Positions 1 to 14,721 of a stretch of 64,000 nt of DNA are shown piece after piece (the first letter of the stretch is position 1; every line of letters starts with the position of its first letter). The DNA is taken from the NCBI GenBank assembly GCA_965195345.1, contig OZ239628.1:1440001-1504000 (forward strand), read 5' to 3'. Position numbers and translations under genes: made by a program. The notes beneath the pieces were generated by a model. The model did no database searches. It saw only the letters and a list, made by a program, of their open reading frames with translations, and had not been told where the DNA came from. This DNA is from an uncultured Thiomicrospira sp. Its GTDB lineage: Bacteria; Pseudomonadota; Gammaproteobacteria; CAKMZV01.

Positions 1-662
1 TCCCACGAGCTGTAAATTGCGAGAGTAAACGTGTTGTACTCAAACATTGAGACCACACCAAAATCAGCAAGCACCTCCATCATAACCAATACCGCGCCAG
101 CAAATATTCCAGGACGAATGAGCGACATCAATACTTTTGTCATTTTAAAAGAACTGCCCTGTGCATATACTCTGGCGGCGCGAATACTACTGTTGCTCTG
201 GCGATCAAAAGAGGCGCTAGCCAATAGATAAACATAGGGAGTCAATGCCGTACTCATGGCAAATGCGACACCCCAAGACGAGGAACGCACATCTATGCCG
301 CCCTGCAAAACAAATGTCTCGCGCACAAATTGTTGAATGACTCCTGAATAGTCCCAAAATCCAATAAATATGAAAGCATGGACGTATGAAGGAAAAGCCA
401 AAGGAAATAACAGAAGGTAGTGAAGCCAACGAGCACCAGTTATTGCATAAAGTTTTACATGCCATGCAAAAAACACACCCATTACTGTAGAAATTGCAAC
501 GACTTTAAACACCAATGTGAAAGTGTTGATGGTTATTTCAACAAGTAAATCGCTGTCTGATAAGAGTGTAGAAAACGCCTGTTGACCAAACCCTTGATGA
601 AAAGTGATAATAAATGGGAAGAAAAATAAGCAAAAAATGCCTATACTGAATGATCTGCTCAT
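1..662 (-). CDS. fbpB: Fe(3+) ABC transporter permease (FbpB/FutB-like), runs off the window edge
   Basis: Manual translation from ATG at 662: MSRSFSIGIFCLFFFPFIITF...LLLFPLAFPSYVHAFIFIG. Hydrophobic, with the PLAxPxYV permease motif, directly downstream of the Fe-binding protein gene. Not in the ORF track because it is truncated. Confidence 0.85.
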   Translation of the reverse strand, partial: MSRSFSIGIFCLFFFPFIITFHQGFGQQAFSTLLSDSDLLVEITINTFTLVFKVVAISTVMGVFFAWHVKLYAITGARWLHYLLLFPLAFPSYVHAFIFIGFWDYSGVIQQFVRETFVLQGGIDVRSSSWGVAFAMSTALTPYVYLLASASFDRQSNSSIRAARVYAQGSSFKMTKVLMSLIRPGIFAGAVLVMMEVLADFGVVSMFEYNTFTLAIYSSW

Positions 663-671
663 GCTAAGTGG

Positions 672-1673
672 CTATTTATACCCTGCTCGGCGCATTAATT
701 CCACAGCCTTTCTCTGCATTCCCCCAAGCTTTTCTAATTTAATTCCATCTACTTTGAATTTGCCCCATTTGCTCACAATGGAGTGTAGCTCTACGCCATC
801 AATAATTGGAAATTCCATATTTTGTTGTGCAAATTGCTTTTGATTCTCTGGAAAAAGCAACCATTCGAGCAATTGCTTTGCGAGCTTTTTGTTGTCTGAT
901 TTATAAGCTATGCCTCCACCACTCAAATTGACATGCACACCTTGAGATTTTTGATTCGACCAAAACAATGCAACAGGCAATTGCGGATTTTTTTTCAACT
1001 CGCGCCCCAAATAATAAGTGTTGACAATACCAACATCGCATTGACCCGCTGTTATTGCCTTAATCACTTGAGAATCTTTAGCAAACGGACGTGTGGCAAG
1101 ATTATTAACCCAACCCGCTATAATCTGTTCAGTTTTATCCTCGCCATAATGCAAAATCATTGCCGATACTAAAGATTTGTTATAAACCTTCTTTGCTGTA
1201 CGAAGACACAAACGTTTATGCCATTTTGAAGACGCTAAATCAGCATAATCGCTTAGCGCTGCTGGCTTTACTCTTTGAGTGCTATAAATAATACTACGAG
1301 CTCGCAAAGACAGCCCAATCCAATAAAGGCTTCCGTTGTCGCTTGCACGCCATTTTTCTGGAACTTTTTTTATTACTGCGTCGCTTTTAAAAGGTGCAAG
1401 AACTCCCTTTTTTTTAGCATAATCGAGATTACCAACATCTGAAAGTATTAATACATCAACGTTATCACCAAATTTGTGTAACCGCTCAATCAAAGATTGG
1501 TCTTTCCCAGTAATCAATTTAATATCTACGTTGTATTCTTTTGAAAAATCGTCAAGTAATGGCTTGATTAAAGGTTCTTTACGCGAAGAATACACTGTCA
1601 ATGTGGGGTTTGCGTATGTCAGCAAAGGTAAAAAAAACGACATCAAAACTAAGGTTGAAACAAATGACTTCAT
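672..1673 (-). CDS. fbpA: Fe(3+) ABC transporter substrate-binding protein (FbpA/FutA-like)
   Basis: Signal peptide, then VYSSRKE, WIGLSLRAR, YNKSLV, GIVNTYY and GVHVNLSG motifs typical of FutA/FbpA. Confidence 0.9.
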   Translation of the reverse strand: MKSFVSTLVLMSFFLPLLTYANPTLTVYSSRKEPLIKPLLDDFSKEYNVDIKLITGKDQSLIERLHKFGDNVDVLILSDVGNLDYAKKKGVLAPFKSDAVIKKVPEKWRASDNGSLYWIGLSLRARSIIYSTQRVKPAALSDYADLASSKWHKRLCLRTAKKVYNKSLVSAMILHYGEDKTEQIIAGWVNNLATRPFAKDSQVIKAITAGQCDVGIVNTYYLGRELKKNPQLPVALFWSNQKSQGVHVNLSGGGIAYKSDNKKLAKQLLEWLLFPENQKQFAQQNMEFPIIDGVELHSIVSKWGKFKVDGIKLEKLGGMQRKAVELMRRAGYK

Positions 1674-1693
1674 ACTTTAAACCTTCATTCAGG

Positions 1694-2425
1694 TTAACCG
1701 GTCACACCTATTCTTTCTTCCATCGGATTCATCGTACTCACATTCATCACATTCGGACTCATCTCATTAAGGGGTAAGGGCATAACAAATTTATGCAGGC
1801 GATGATCTGATATGGAGTACGTCACATCAGCAAATTGTTCAGCTTCCAATAAATTATGCGTCACCAACAAAGAAGGTATTTTTTGCGCCAAAACTAATTG
1901 ACGCATATCACTAATAATGCAACTAGTGCATTCTGCGTCAATATTGGAAAAAGGTTCATCGAGTAACAATATATCAGGTTCAATCGCTAGAGATCGAGCA
2001 ATGCCTATGCGCTGTTGCTGCCCTCCAGATAGTTGATGCGGATATTTATTTTCAAAACCAGGTAATTCAACCATCTCGAGATACTTTTCTATTAGAGAAC
2101 GTTTTTTCTCACGATCTTTAGTTCGAATGGCATAAGCAATATTGTCTTCAACCGATAAGTGGGGAAACAAAGCAACATCTTGAAAAACATAGCCTATTTT
2201 AAAATCCTTAGCAGGACGCATTGAACACATCGAACGACTCTGTAAATAAATTTCTCCAGAATATTCTTTATGAAAACCAATGATGGTATTGAGCAATGTA
2301 CTCTTCCCGCTACCACTGGGACCAAAAACACACGCGATCTTGCCTTCATCAATCGATAAATTAATCTCTTCAAGTAATGTTTTTTGCTTAATTTTTACCG
2401 TTAAGTTCTTGATATGGAAAGTCAT
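1694..2425 (-). CDS. fbpC: ABC transporter ATP-binding protein (FbpC-like)
   Basis: Walker A GPSGSGKST, signature LSGGQQQR, Walker B LLLDEPF. In an operon with fbpA/B. Confidence 0.85.
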   Translation of the reverse strand: MTFHIKNLTVKIKQKTLLEEINLSIDEGKIACVFGPSGSGKSTLLNTIIGFHKEYSGEIYLQSRSMCSMRPAKDFKIGYVFQDVALFPHLSVEDNIAYAIRTKDREKKRSLIEKYLEMVELPGFENKYPHQLSGGQQQRIGIARSLAIEPDILLLDEPFSNIDAECTSCIISDMRQLVLAQKIPSLLVTHNLLEAEQFADVTYSISDHRLHKFVMPLPLNEMSPNVMNVSTMNPMEERIGVTG

Positions 2426-2480
2426 AAAAATAAGATATTGTTTGCAAAATGCCGTAGGAGGTAGTTTTGAATAATCGCGA

Positions 2481-2510
2481 ATTGTAAAGCATGATTGACA
2501 ATTTTGTCAA
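2481..2510 (-). promoter_or_regulatory. Putative sigma70 promoter of the iron ABC operon with an overlapping palindrome
   Basis: Minus strand TTGACA-18 bp-TACAAT. The palindrome TTGACAATTTTGTCAA (2495-2510) overlaps the -35 element. Confidence 0.5.
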
Positions 2511-2622
2511 CCTACATTTACAGTGCAAAAGATCTTTGGCTTCACTTGAAGTTTTGCGCTCTTATTTTGAAAATGAATGGGAAAGAAATTTCCTCTTACA
2601 ATATGAGGGTGTGTAGTGATTA

Positions 2623-6945
<4,323 letters not shown>

Positions 6946-7145
6946 GTGAATTTAAAAATCACAACAATGCAACATTCCAGCACACAATTGATAATTTGAA
7001 AAAGTGCATCATCGTAGCATGAGAACAACCAGTTATCAAGGTATAATTGCACCCACTAATTAACCCTATTGTACTCAAATAATAACCTCTTCCAAGACTA
7101 AGCTTGCAAGAAATCATTCATCTTAATTTTTCTGGAATACCTAAA

Positions 7146-8237
7146 ATGCTAGCAACAGATCGTATTTTTCACTTAAGCCATACTGACCTTGACGGCTATG
7201 GTTGTCAATTCATGCTTGCTCAAGCCTTTTATAACGTTGCTTATTACAATTGCGACTACAAAGAGGTCAATCATGTGCTTGTCCAAATAGTCAAGCAAAT
7301 TAAAATAGAATCTCTTACGGGAGGGGTAGTAAAATTTCTGCTAATTTCAGACCTGAACCTGACTATTTCACAGGCTGATTGGTTAGAAAGTGCCTTGAGT
7401 AAACTTACAAACCCACCAGAAATCCTACTCATTGACCATCATGCAACAGGCGCGGCTGTGGCTGATAAGTACTCATGGTACAAGCTTGATATTAATTATT
7501 GTGCAACCAAGCTGGTTTGGCAGTGGGTTAAACCTTTTTTATCAGAATCAACGCCAGAGCGCATTGCACATCTTGAGCAAGTTGCCTCTCTAATCAATGT
7601 TACCGACATGTGGCTCAAAAAAGAGCCTCTATTTCACCACGCCAACTTTATAGCGGACATCATGTTTGAACGCCCTTGGTATCCTCCTAATATGACTGAA
7701 TTAGGAAGAGAATACAGATTTCATTTAATCGATAAAATAAGTGAAGACTTTTTAAATGGACTGACCGTTTTGGATGTAGAACGGCATTTAATTGATATAA
7801 GATTAGATTTTCTTCGTTTTAATAACTTAGATGAATCAATTGTTTCAGACGAAAATCGTTCATTAGATAACAAATTTTATGAACTTGTTTTAGAGGAAAT
7901 ATTACGTGCTGGAGTTGACACAGTTCGCATTGATAATCTAACCGCTTGCGTATTCTTCGCTTGGAGTGGAACATTATTTCAGCATCTGAGTTCCAGACTA
8001 TTTGAACGCAATAAAAATATTGCAATTGCCATCCGCATAAGTTCTCAGGGAAAACTATCATTGCGCTCAAATGACCCCCAAAATAACGTTGGTTTAATCG
8101 CTCAAAAATATTACCAAGGGGGCGGACATCCTTGTGCAGCTGGTGGACAACTTAGACAGGATAAGATCGATTCAATTCAAACAGCTAAAAAAGCGCTTCT
8201 TTATCCCATTCAAAAAAATACGCATAAAAACATATAA
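7146..8237 (+). CDS. DHH/DHHA1 family phosphoesterase (NrnB-like)
   Basis: HLSHTDLDGY, ISDL, LIDHH, C-terminal SLRS and GGGHPCAAGG. ATG start chosen at 7146. Confidence 0.85.
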   Translation: MLATDRIFHLSHTDLDGYGCQFMLAQAFYNVAYYNCDYKEVNHVLVQIVKQIKIESLTGGVVKFLLISDLNLTISQADWLESALSKLTNPPEILLIDHHATGAAVADKYSWYKLDINYCATKLVWQWVKPFLSESTPERIAHLEQVASLINVTDMWLKKEPLFHHANFIADIMFERPWYPPNMTELGREYRFHLIDKISEDFLNGLTVLDVERHLIDIRLDFLRFNNLDESIVSDENRSLDNKFYELVLEEILRAGVDTVRIDNLTACVFFAWSGTLFQHLSSRLFERNKNIAIAIRISSQGKLSLRSNDPQNNVGLIAQKYYQGGGHPCAAGGQLRQDKIDSIQTAKKALLYPIQKNTHKNI

Positions 8238-8358
8238 AACACAATTCAAAGAGCCTTTAAAAATTGCGACATTACCCATTCACTATGCATGTGGCAATTT
8301 CAACGGTGTAGTGAATGGCAATTTAAAGTTCATGATTTTTCAGCATCTAATAATATTA

Positions 8359-8391
8359 CCTTAATCACTCCTTAATCACTCCTTAATCACT
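8359..8391. repeat. Short tandem repeat (CCTTAATCACT) x3
   Basis: Three exact 11-bp units seen directly. Confidence 0.9.
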
Positions 8392-8590
8392 ATATAATAT
8401 ACGAATTGATGTTTATATTCGTAGTAATTAAAATAAACCTTAAAATAATCCAACCCCATGTATAATTTATTACTTGAATCAAATATTTCTTGACAAAAAG
8501 CTGCCAAACAGGTAAAAATAGTCAAACTACGCAGATTAAATGAAACTTTTTTAAAAAAACAAACGTATAACAATCTTTTCAGGAGAAAAC

Positions 8591-8866
8591 ATGAACAAAT
8601 CAGAATTAGTAAATGAAGTAAGTAGTAAAAGCGGACTTACTAGAGCAGATGCAAATCGTGCGATAGACGCTACCGTTGATGCTATTACAGAAGCTTTGGC
8701 TAAAGGTGACCAAGTCAGTGTGGTAGGATTCGGAACTTTTAAAACTTCAGAAAGAGCTGCACGTGCTGGACGCAATCCACAAACAGGCGCTGCTATACAA
8801 ATTGCTGCTGCCACACTGCCTCGTTTTTCTGCTGGTAAAGCACTTAAAGACGCAGTTAATAACTAA
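8591..8866 (+). CDS. hupB: DNA-binding protein HU
   Basis: MNKSELV...GFGTF...GRNPQTG...PRFSAGKALKDAVN, with an AGGAG RBS. Confidence 0.97.
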   Translation: MNKSELVNEVSSKSGLTRADANRAIDATVDAITEALAKGDQVSVVGFGTFKTSERAARAGRNPQTGAAIQIAAATLPRFSAGKALKDAVNN

Positions 8867-8884
8867 TAATATACATAAACTTGT

Positions 8885-8917
8885 AAAAAAAGGCGACATA
8901 TGTCGCCTTTTTATTTT
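8885..8917 (+). terminator. Intrinsic (bidirectional-type) terminator after hupB
   Basis: A7-GGCGACATATGTCGCC-T5ATTTT palindromic hairpin. Confidence 0.85.
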
Positions 8918-9400
8918 GACGCTTCAGCTTTATACCACACCTTTTCCCAAAAAAGACTCGCTAGTACGGAGTCAAAACTGAAGTCATTACCAGAATTTAG
9001 ATATATCAATAGGCACCCTTTAACAACTGGCGAAGAAAATACGCAGGGCTTTTAAGGTAAGTAGAATCCAAACGCCTTCGAGTACTAAGGATAAAAAACA
9101 ACAAATTCAAAACGGGCTATTAACTAAAAGACTATCTGGAGGTAGAAGCTATAAAGGATTTTTTGTCGAAAAAGGGATAACGCCCTCCAATAAAAATGCT
9201 GTTCTTTCTGAACTGCTTGATAGTCATCAAAAGTTCGTGTTCACTACGATAAGACCACAACATAGCTCACTGGCTTATACCCCCTGTTGGCTTATCCAGA
9301 AAAAGTAGCCTAAAATAAAAATATCGGTCGTACCCTAGCACCGAGTTAGAGGAGGGATCATTTCGAAAACACTCCAAAAGAAAATTAAAAACGAGTATTG

Positions 9401-9766
<366 letters not shown>

Positions 9767-9867
9767 CTAGTTTATTTATTAAATTTAATTATCATTCTAC
9801 CCTAAAATGCCAACTTACAATATCTCATAATGATTAATAAAAAGCCCATAAAAGGTATGAAAATACA

Positions 9868-10581
9868 ATGTCACTCGAAAACATTCACATCTTTCTAATA
9901 AATACGACAGAGTCTGGGAATATCGGCGCAGCATCACGAGCCATGAAAAACATGGGATTACAAAACCTAGTATTGATAAACCCGTCGTGTTCAATTGATG
10001 AAAAGGCTAAGGCGCGATCAAGTGGTGCAGATGACATTCTAGAAAATACGATAATTTCAGACAATCTTAAAGCAGCCCTTGCTTCATATAATTATGTAAT
10101 AGGAACTTCCCATCGCCAGCGAAAATCGAAAAAAAAACCTTTTGACATGGAAGACTTTCACAAACATATCAACAATAATTCGACACATGAAAAAACAGCA
10201 ATCCTCTTTGGCACAGAATCCAGTGGATTAACAAACGAAGCATTGGATTTATGTGATTATTGCCTAGCTATACCATCCAATCCTGATTTCCCATCACTTA
10301 ACCTATCACACGCAATACAAATAATATGTTACGAAACTCTACAGTCAACGATTCATACAACTGCAGGTTTAGTACAAGTACCTATTAAAGCTAAACAAAC
10401 AAGACATGAAGATTACGAGTTCTTATTTGAGTATATTGAAAAAAATCTACTTGATAGTGCATATCTCGAATCTGAGAAAGCAAAAAGCTACATGAGCAAA
10501 GTTAGAAATATCATAAAGGGAGCCAGTTTTTCGGAGGAAGAACTAAAACTATTTGCTGGATTGATTAAAAATTTACGATGA
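9868..10581 (+). CDS. trmJ: tRNA/rRNA SPOUT methyltransferase, TrmJ family
   Basis: GNIGAASRAMKNMG, LFGTESSGLTNE, SLNLSHA. Confidence 0.88.
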   Translation: MSLENIHIFLINTTESGNIGAASRAMKNMGLQNLVLINPSCSIDEKAKARSSGADDILENTIISDNLKAALASYNYVIGTSHRQRKSKKKPFDMEDFHKHINNNSTHEKTAILFGTESSGLTNEALDLCDYCLAIPSNPDFPSLNLSHAIQIICYETLQSTIHTTAGLVQVPIKAKQTRHEDYEFLFEYIEKNLLDSAYLESEKAKSYMSKVRNIIKGASFSEEELKLFAGLIKNLR

Positions 10582-10682
10582 ATGACTACCTGTAATCAAG
10601 CAATGTGTCAAAATATCCTCATTAGCGAATAACTTAGAATGCGCATGTAAAAAATAAGTTTGTTACTCGAAAAAATCAAAGT

Positions 10683-11906
10683 GTGATGAAAAAACATTTA
10701 CTAAAAAAACAAAAAAAAAATCACCAATTAAATGCCCTCTCCATTAAAAAAACCATGTACTTAATACGCCTCTCTTTGATTGCAATCGTAACGATAACTT
10801 TTCAAGCTAAAGCTGATACAAAAAAAAACGATTATCTTTACTCGAGCAATTATTCTGCCGAAATTTCAGAAAAGGAAAAACAAGAAGTATTTAACAAGAC
10901 ACGCCAAAAGACGGCAGAGATTTTAGCTCAATATTATAGAAAAATTTATTCTCCTAGTGCAACGAACACGAATGCCGTTGCGTTTCAAAAAAATCCTTTC
11001 ATCAAAATTCTTGACAAAAAATATTTTAATATTAAAAAAATAAACAAAGAAAATACAAACGTTGTTGAAGAAATTATTGGAATGAATAACAGAGGGCTTA
11101 TACGTATAGGCAACAAAGCAAATCAAATGCTCAACGTCCAATGGAAAAAATTGCGTGTATTTGAAGTTTTAACTTTAAAACCTTATGCACAATTGCTCAC
11201 TGCATTAACCAATTATTCTGAATTTAACGATATGGCAATCCCCGCAAATTGGAAACAGACTGTGCTACGTGCGAATAGATATATTAAAGAACGTTTAGAA
11301 ATGAGCACACTTTCATTTGAAGGAGATTTAAATGATGCCATTATTGAAGTTAACGGCTTAATCATTACTAACAATCGTATCTTACTAACGCCTGGAAAAC
11401 ACTTTTTTGTAATAACAAAAAACGGTTATAGAAAAATTGGTGGAAAAATTTCTATTAGTGCTGGAGAAATAAGGTACTTGCCAATAAAACTCATAGAGAT
11501 AGCTAATGAAGACTGGCCAGTAAAGGTCACTATTAATAGTAAACTACGGGAGTTTGAAAAAACAATATTCACTCAATTACAACTTTTAGATTTTGAAACC
11601 TATCCTGAATCACCTTATGAAATAAATTTCATATTAACAAGCAAGAGAGTTCTGCAGGACAAAGCCAATAAAACGGCACTTCATCTCACCATTACTTTGA
11701 AACAAGAAAAAATAGTTTTGCATACCAGCGAAAACACCATGGAAGTAGCTGTTAGTATTGATGAACCAAATTGGTCATTGGATGCCATTATCGGGGAGTT
11801 CATCCAGATTGGACTTATCAACTTTGCCAGTGGGATCAATCGCAAACACACCATACCTGAAATAAAGTTGCCTCCACCATTAGAAGTACTGACGATTGTT
11901 AATTAA
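10683..11906 (+). CDS. Hypothetical exported protein with a possible PEGA-like domain
   Basis: Long ORF with a signal-like N-terminus (true start may be about 10755). DAIIEVNG...LTPGKHFFVITKNGY resembles PEGA. Confidence 0.55.
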   Translation: MMKKHLLKKQKKNHQLNALSIKKTMYLIRLSLIAIVTITFQAKADTKKNDYLYSSNYSAEISEKEKQEVFNKTRQKTAEILAQYYRKIYSPSATNTNAVAFQKNPFIKILDKKYFNIKKINKENTNVVEEIIGMNNRGLIRIGNKANQMLNVQWKKLRVFEVLTLKPYAQLLTALTNYSEFNDMAIPANWKQTVLRANRYIKERLEMSTLSFEGDLNDAIIEVNGLIITNNRILLTPGKHFFVITKNGYRKIGGKISISAGEIRYLPIKLIEIANEDWPVKVTINSKLREFEKTIFTQLQLLDFETYPESPYEINFILTSKRVLQDKANKTALHLTITLKQEKIVLHTSENTMEVAVSIDEPNWSLDAIIGEFIQIGLINFASGINRKHTIPEIKLPPPLEVLTIVN

Positions 11907-12841
11907 TGTTTGATTATCTTATTAAGCGAATCATTTCCGCTATTATTGTCATCTGGGGAGTGCTCACTTTAGTCTTCTTCACTTTGCATCTAACACCAGG
12001 TGACCCAATTGAAGTCATGTTAGGAGAGCGTGCCCAAATTTCCGATAAACAAGCATTACGTGAACAACTTAATTTACATTTGCCGATTCATCAACAATAT
12101 AAAATATACTTGCTTAATTTAATGAAGGGCGATCTTGGCACTTCATTACATCAGAAAAAAAACATCAGTCAAATTATTTCACAACGCATAGGTAATACAG
12201 CAATACTCGCTTTTTCAAGCATTATTTTTGCCATTTTTTTGGCAATACCTCTTGGCATTTGGGCAGCTCAAAACAAAGGGAGGTGGCAAGACTCCCTAGC
12301 CCTTAATGTATCGTTAATGGGGATATCTATACCAAATTTTGTTCTTGGACCATTATTAATTTTGGTGTTTTCATTGTTCTTAAAGTGGTTGCCTACAGGC
12401 GGCAATTCACAAGCATCTTCACTTATTCTGCCTACTATCGCTTTAGGCACTGCTATGATGGCTGTACTATCAAGATTAATGCGTTCAAGCTTGCTGGAAG
12501 TATGGAATGAAACATACCTTTTAGCTGCACGTGCTCGAGGACTTAGTAGTAGACAAGTTATCTGGCGACATGCCCTTCCTAACGCATTGCTTCCTGTGAT
12601 TACTATTATTGGAATTCAGCTTGGAACTTTACTGGGAGGAGCCGTTATTACCGAAGTCGTTTTTTCTTGGCCCGGCATTGGCAGCGCCCTTGTGCAAGCC
12701 ATTGAAAATCGTGATTATCCGCTAATACAAAGCTGCATATTAGTAATTGCTATTGCCTACACCATCATTAATTTAATCACAGATATTATCTACAGCAAAT
12801 TGGATCCAAGAATACGCCTTGAAAGCAATTCTACCAGCTAA
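11906..12841 (+). CDS. dppB: Peptide/nickel ABC transporter permease (DppB/OppB)
   Basis: PGDP, GDLGTS, EAA loop AARARGLS, GGAVITEVVFSWPGIG. Confidence 0.88.
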   Translation: MFDYLIKRIISAIIVIWGVLTLVFFTLHLTPGDPIEVMLGERAQISDKQALREQLNLHLPIHQQYKIYLLNLMKGDLGTSLHQKKNISQIISQRIGNTAILAFSSIIFAIFLAIPLGIWAAQNKGRWQDSLALNVSLMGISIPNFVLGPLLILVFSLFLKWLPTGGNSQASSLILPTIALGTAMMAVLSRLMRSSLLEVWNETYLLAARARGLSSRQVIWRHALPNALLPVITIIGIQLGTLLGGAVITEVVFSWPGIGSALVQAIENRDYPLIQSCILVIAIAYTIINLITDIIYSKLDPRIRLESNSTS

Positions 12842-12865
12842 AAAGAGCAACGCAATAACCCAGTC

Positions 12866-13672
12866 ATGAAACACTTAACGCTACTCAACACCTCCTTTCT
12901 CATTGGAGGATCTATAGTAGTTTTATTACTGTTTTTGGGCAGTACAAATCCTAATTTCATACAACTTGAATACTTATTGGCTTCTCCAAGTTTTGAGGAA
13001 CCCTTCGGCTATGATGAATTAGGTCGATCTGTTTTATCAAGAGTTATCAATGGTTCTTATGTTGCTTTTGAAATCGCAATTACCGTGATGATCTTTTCTC
13101 TGGTAATTGGATCGACAATAGGTTTGATAAGTGGTTATTTTGGAGGTTGGCTTGATCATGTACTAATGCGCATTGTTGATATCTTCTTAGCTTTTCCAGG
13201 GCTATTACTTGCTATCGCTTTAGCAGGGATACTAGGACCAGGTGTTAACAACCTAATCATTGCTTTAGTGGCAGTCAGTTGGGTTGGATATGCACGGCTA
13301 TTGAGAGCACAAACTCTAAGCCTTAAAAGTAGAGAGCATGTCTATGCGGCTAAAACACTGGGAGTACCTACAGTCACTATATGGTGGCGGCACATTTTAC
13401 CGCTTGCCGGATCATCTTTGATTATCGAGGCGACATTTGGATTTGCTGGTGCTATTTTGTCAGAGGCAGGACTCTCATTCTTAGGATTAGGAGTACAACC
13501 TCCCAATCCCTCTTGGGGTCAAATGATCCGTGAAGGTGCTCGCTACATGTTGGTTGCACCTCATTTAGTCATTTTTCCAAGCCTTGCTCTTTGGGTTAGT
13601 GTTTGGGGAATAAACACGATTGGTGACAAATTACGTAATCGATTGCAGATACACACCAAAAAAATGATATGA
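12866..13672 (+). CDS. dppC: Peptide/nickel ABC transporter permease (DppC/OppC)
   Basis: FGYDELGRS, GYFGGW, LSFLGLGVQPPNPSWG. Confidence 0.88.
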   Translation: MKHLTLLNTSFLIGGSIVVLLLFLGSTNPNFIQLEYLLASPSFEEPFGYDELGRSVLSRVINGSYVAFEIAITVMIFSLVIGSTIGLISGYFGGWLDHVLMRIVDIFLAFPGLLLAIALAGILGPGVNNLIIALVAVSWVGYARLLRAQTLSLKSREHVYAAKTLGVPTVTIWWRHILPLAGSSLIIEATFGFAGAILSEAGLSFLGLGVQPPNPSWGQMIREGARYMLVAPHLVIFPSLALWVSVWGINTIGDKLRNRLQIHTKKMI

Positions 13673-14706
13673 CAACCGGCATAGCAATCCCAGAAAATTC
13701 AATTATAACGGGCATCGAAAGCCTTAGCCTCAGTGCAAACGATATCAAGCGCTTGAGTCATCCAGCTATAGGAGGAGTGCTTTTATTCGCACGCAACTTC
13801 AAATCCCCTGAACAACTTTTAAAACTGACCAATTCAATACACCAGATAAAATCTCTTCAAATAGCGGTTGATCAGGAAGGTGGGCGCGTCCAACGCTTTA
13901 GGGAATCTTTCACCAAACTACCTGCAATGCGTGCTTTAGGAGCGCTTTGGGATAAGGATCAAACCAAATCATTAGAAATGGCGCGTGCTTGTGGTCAAGT
14001 TATGAGCTTTGAGCTAAAACAATGTGGGATAGATATAACTTTTGCTCCTGTGATTGACATTGATTACCAACGCAACCCCATGATTGGTGACAGATGCTTT
14101 CACACCCAACCCGAACCTATCGCAGAATTAGCATGCTCTTTGATACAAGGTTTGCACAACAACGGTATGCGTGGCGTAGCAAAACACTTTCCCGGACACG
14201 GCTATGTTATTGCCGACTCACACTTACAGTTACCCATTGATGAACGTCCGTTTGACGACTTTGAACGAAATGATCTGTATCCTTTCAGACAAGTCTTTTC
14301 ACAAGGCTTGTCTGATGTCATGATGGCGCACTTACTTATTCCAAAATACGACAATAATCCGACTGGATTTTCTAAAAAACTGATTCAGTATTTACGCCAA
14401 GATTTACACTTTAGTGGTTGTATTTACAGTGATGATCTGGGGATGAAAGCAGTTGCAAACTTAGCGCTTGATATTCGAATAAAACGTTGTATTGATGCAG
14501 GTTGTGATGTTGTGATTTTTGGAAACCAGTTACAAGAAATGGACATTTTACTTGAAAGAAACCATATCACCTGCGACGGCACAAAAGCAAACACACCGCC
14601 ACTGCCTCTCTCCTCCACTGAAACGCTTCCTTCATCTTCTGTGCGCTCAGATCTGCAAAAACTTGCTGAAAACTGGAACATTTCGGGTGAAGTTTGGCTC
14701 GACTGA
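13669..14706 (+). CDS. nagZ: Beta-N-acetylhexosaminidase (GH3)
   Basis: GGVLLFARN, VDQEGGRVQR, KHFPGHG...DSH, SDDLGM. Confidence 0.95.
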   Translation: MTTGIAIPENSIITGIESLSLSANDIKRLSHPAIGGVLLFARNFKSPEQLLKLTNSIHQIKSLQIAVDQEGGRVQRFRESFTKLPAMRALGALWDKDQTKSLEMARACGQVMSFELKQCGIDITFAPVIDIDYQRNPMIGDRCFHTQPEPIAELACSLIQGLHNNGMRGVAKHFPGHGYVIADSHLQLPIDERPFDDFERNDLYPFRQVFSQGLSDVMMAHLLIPKYDNNPTGFSKKLIQYLRQDLHFSGCIYSDDLGMKAVANLALDIRIKRCIDAGCDVVIFGNQLQEMDILLERNHITCDGTKANTPPLPLSSTETLPSSSVRSDLQKLAENWNISGEVWLD

Positions 14707-14721
14707 CTTATTATTGAAGCC

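Noticed and set aside
8256-8328. Imperfect hairpin downstream of the DHH gene as a riboswitch or sRNA
   Set aside because: No recognisable aptamer motif. More simply explained as a 3' stem-loop.
8359-8391. 11-bp direct repeats as a CRISPR array or iterons
   Set aside because: Contiguous units with no spacers and no cas or rep gene. This is a simple slippage repeat.
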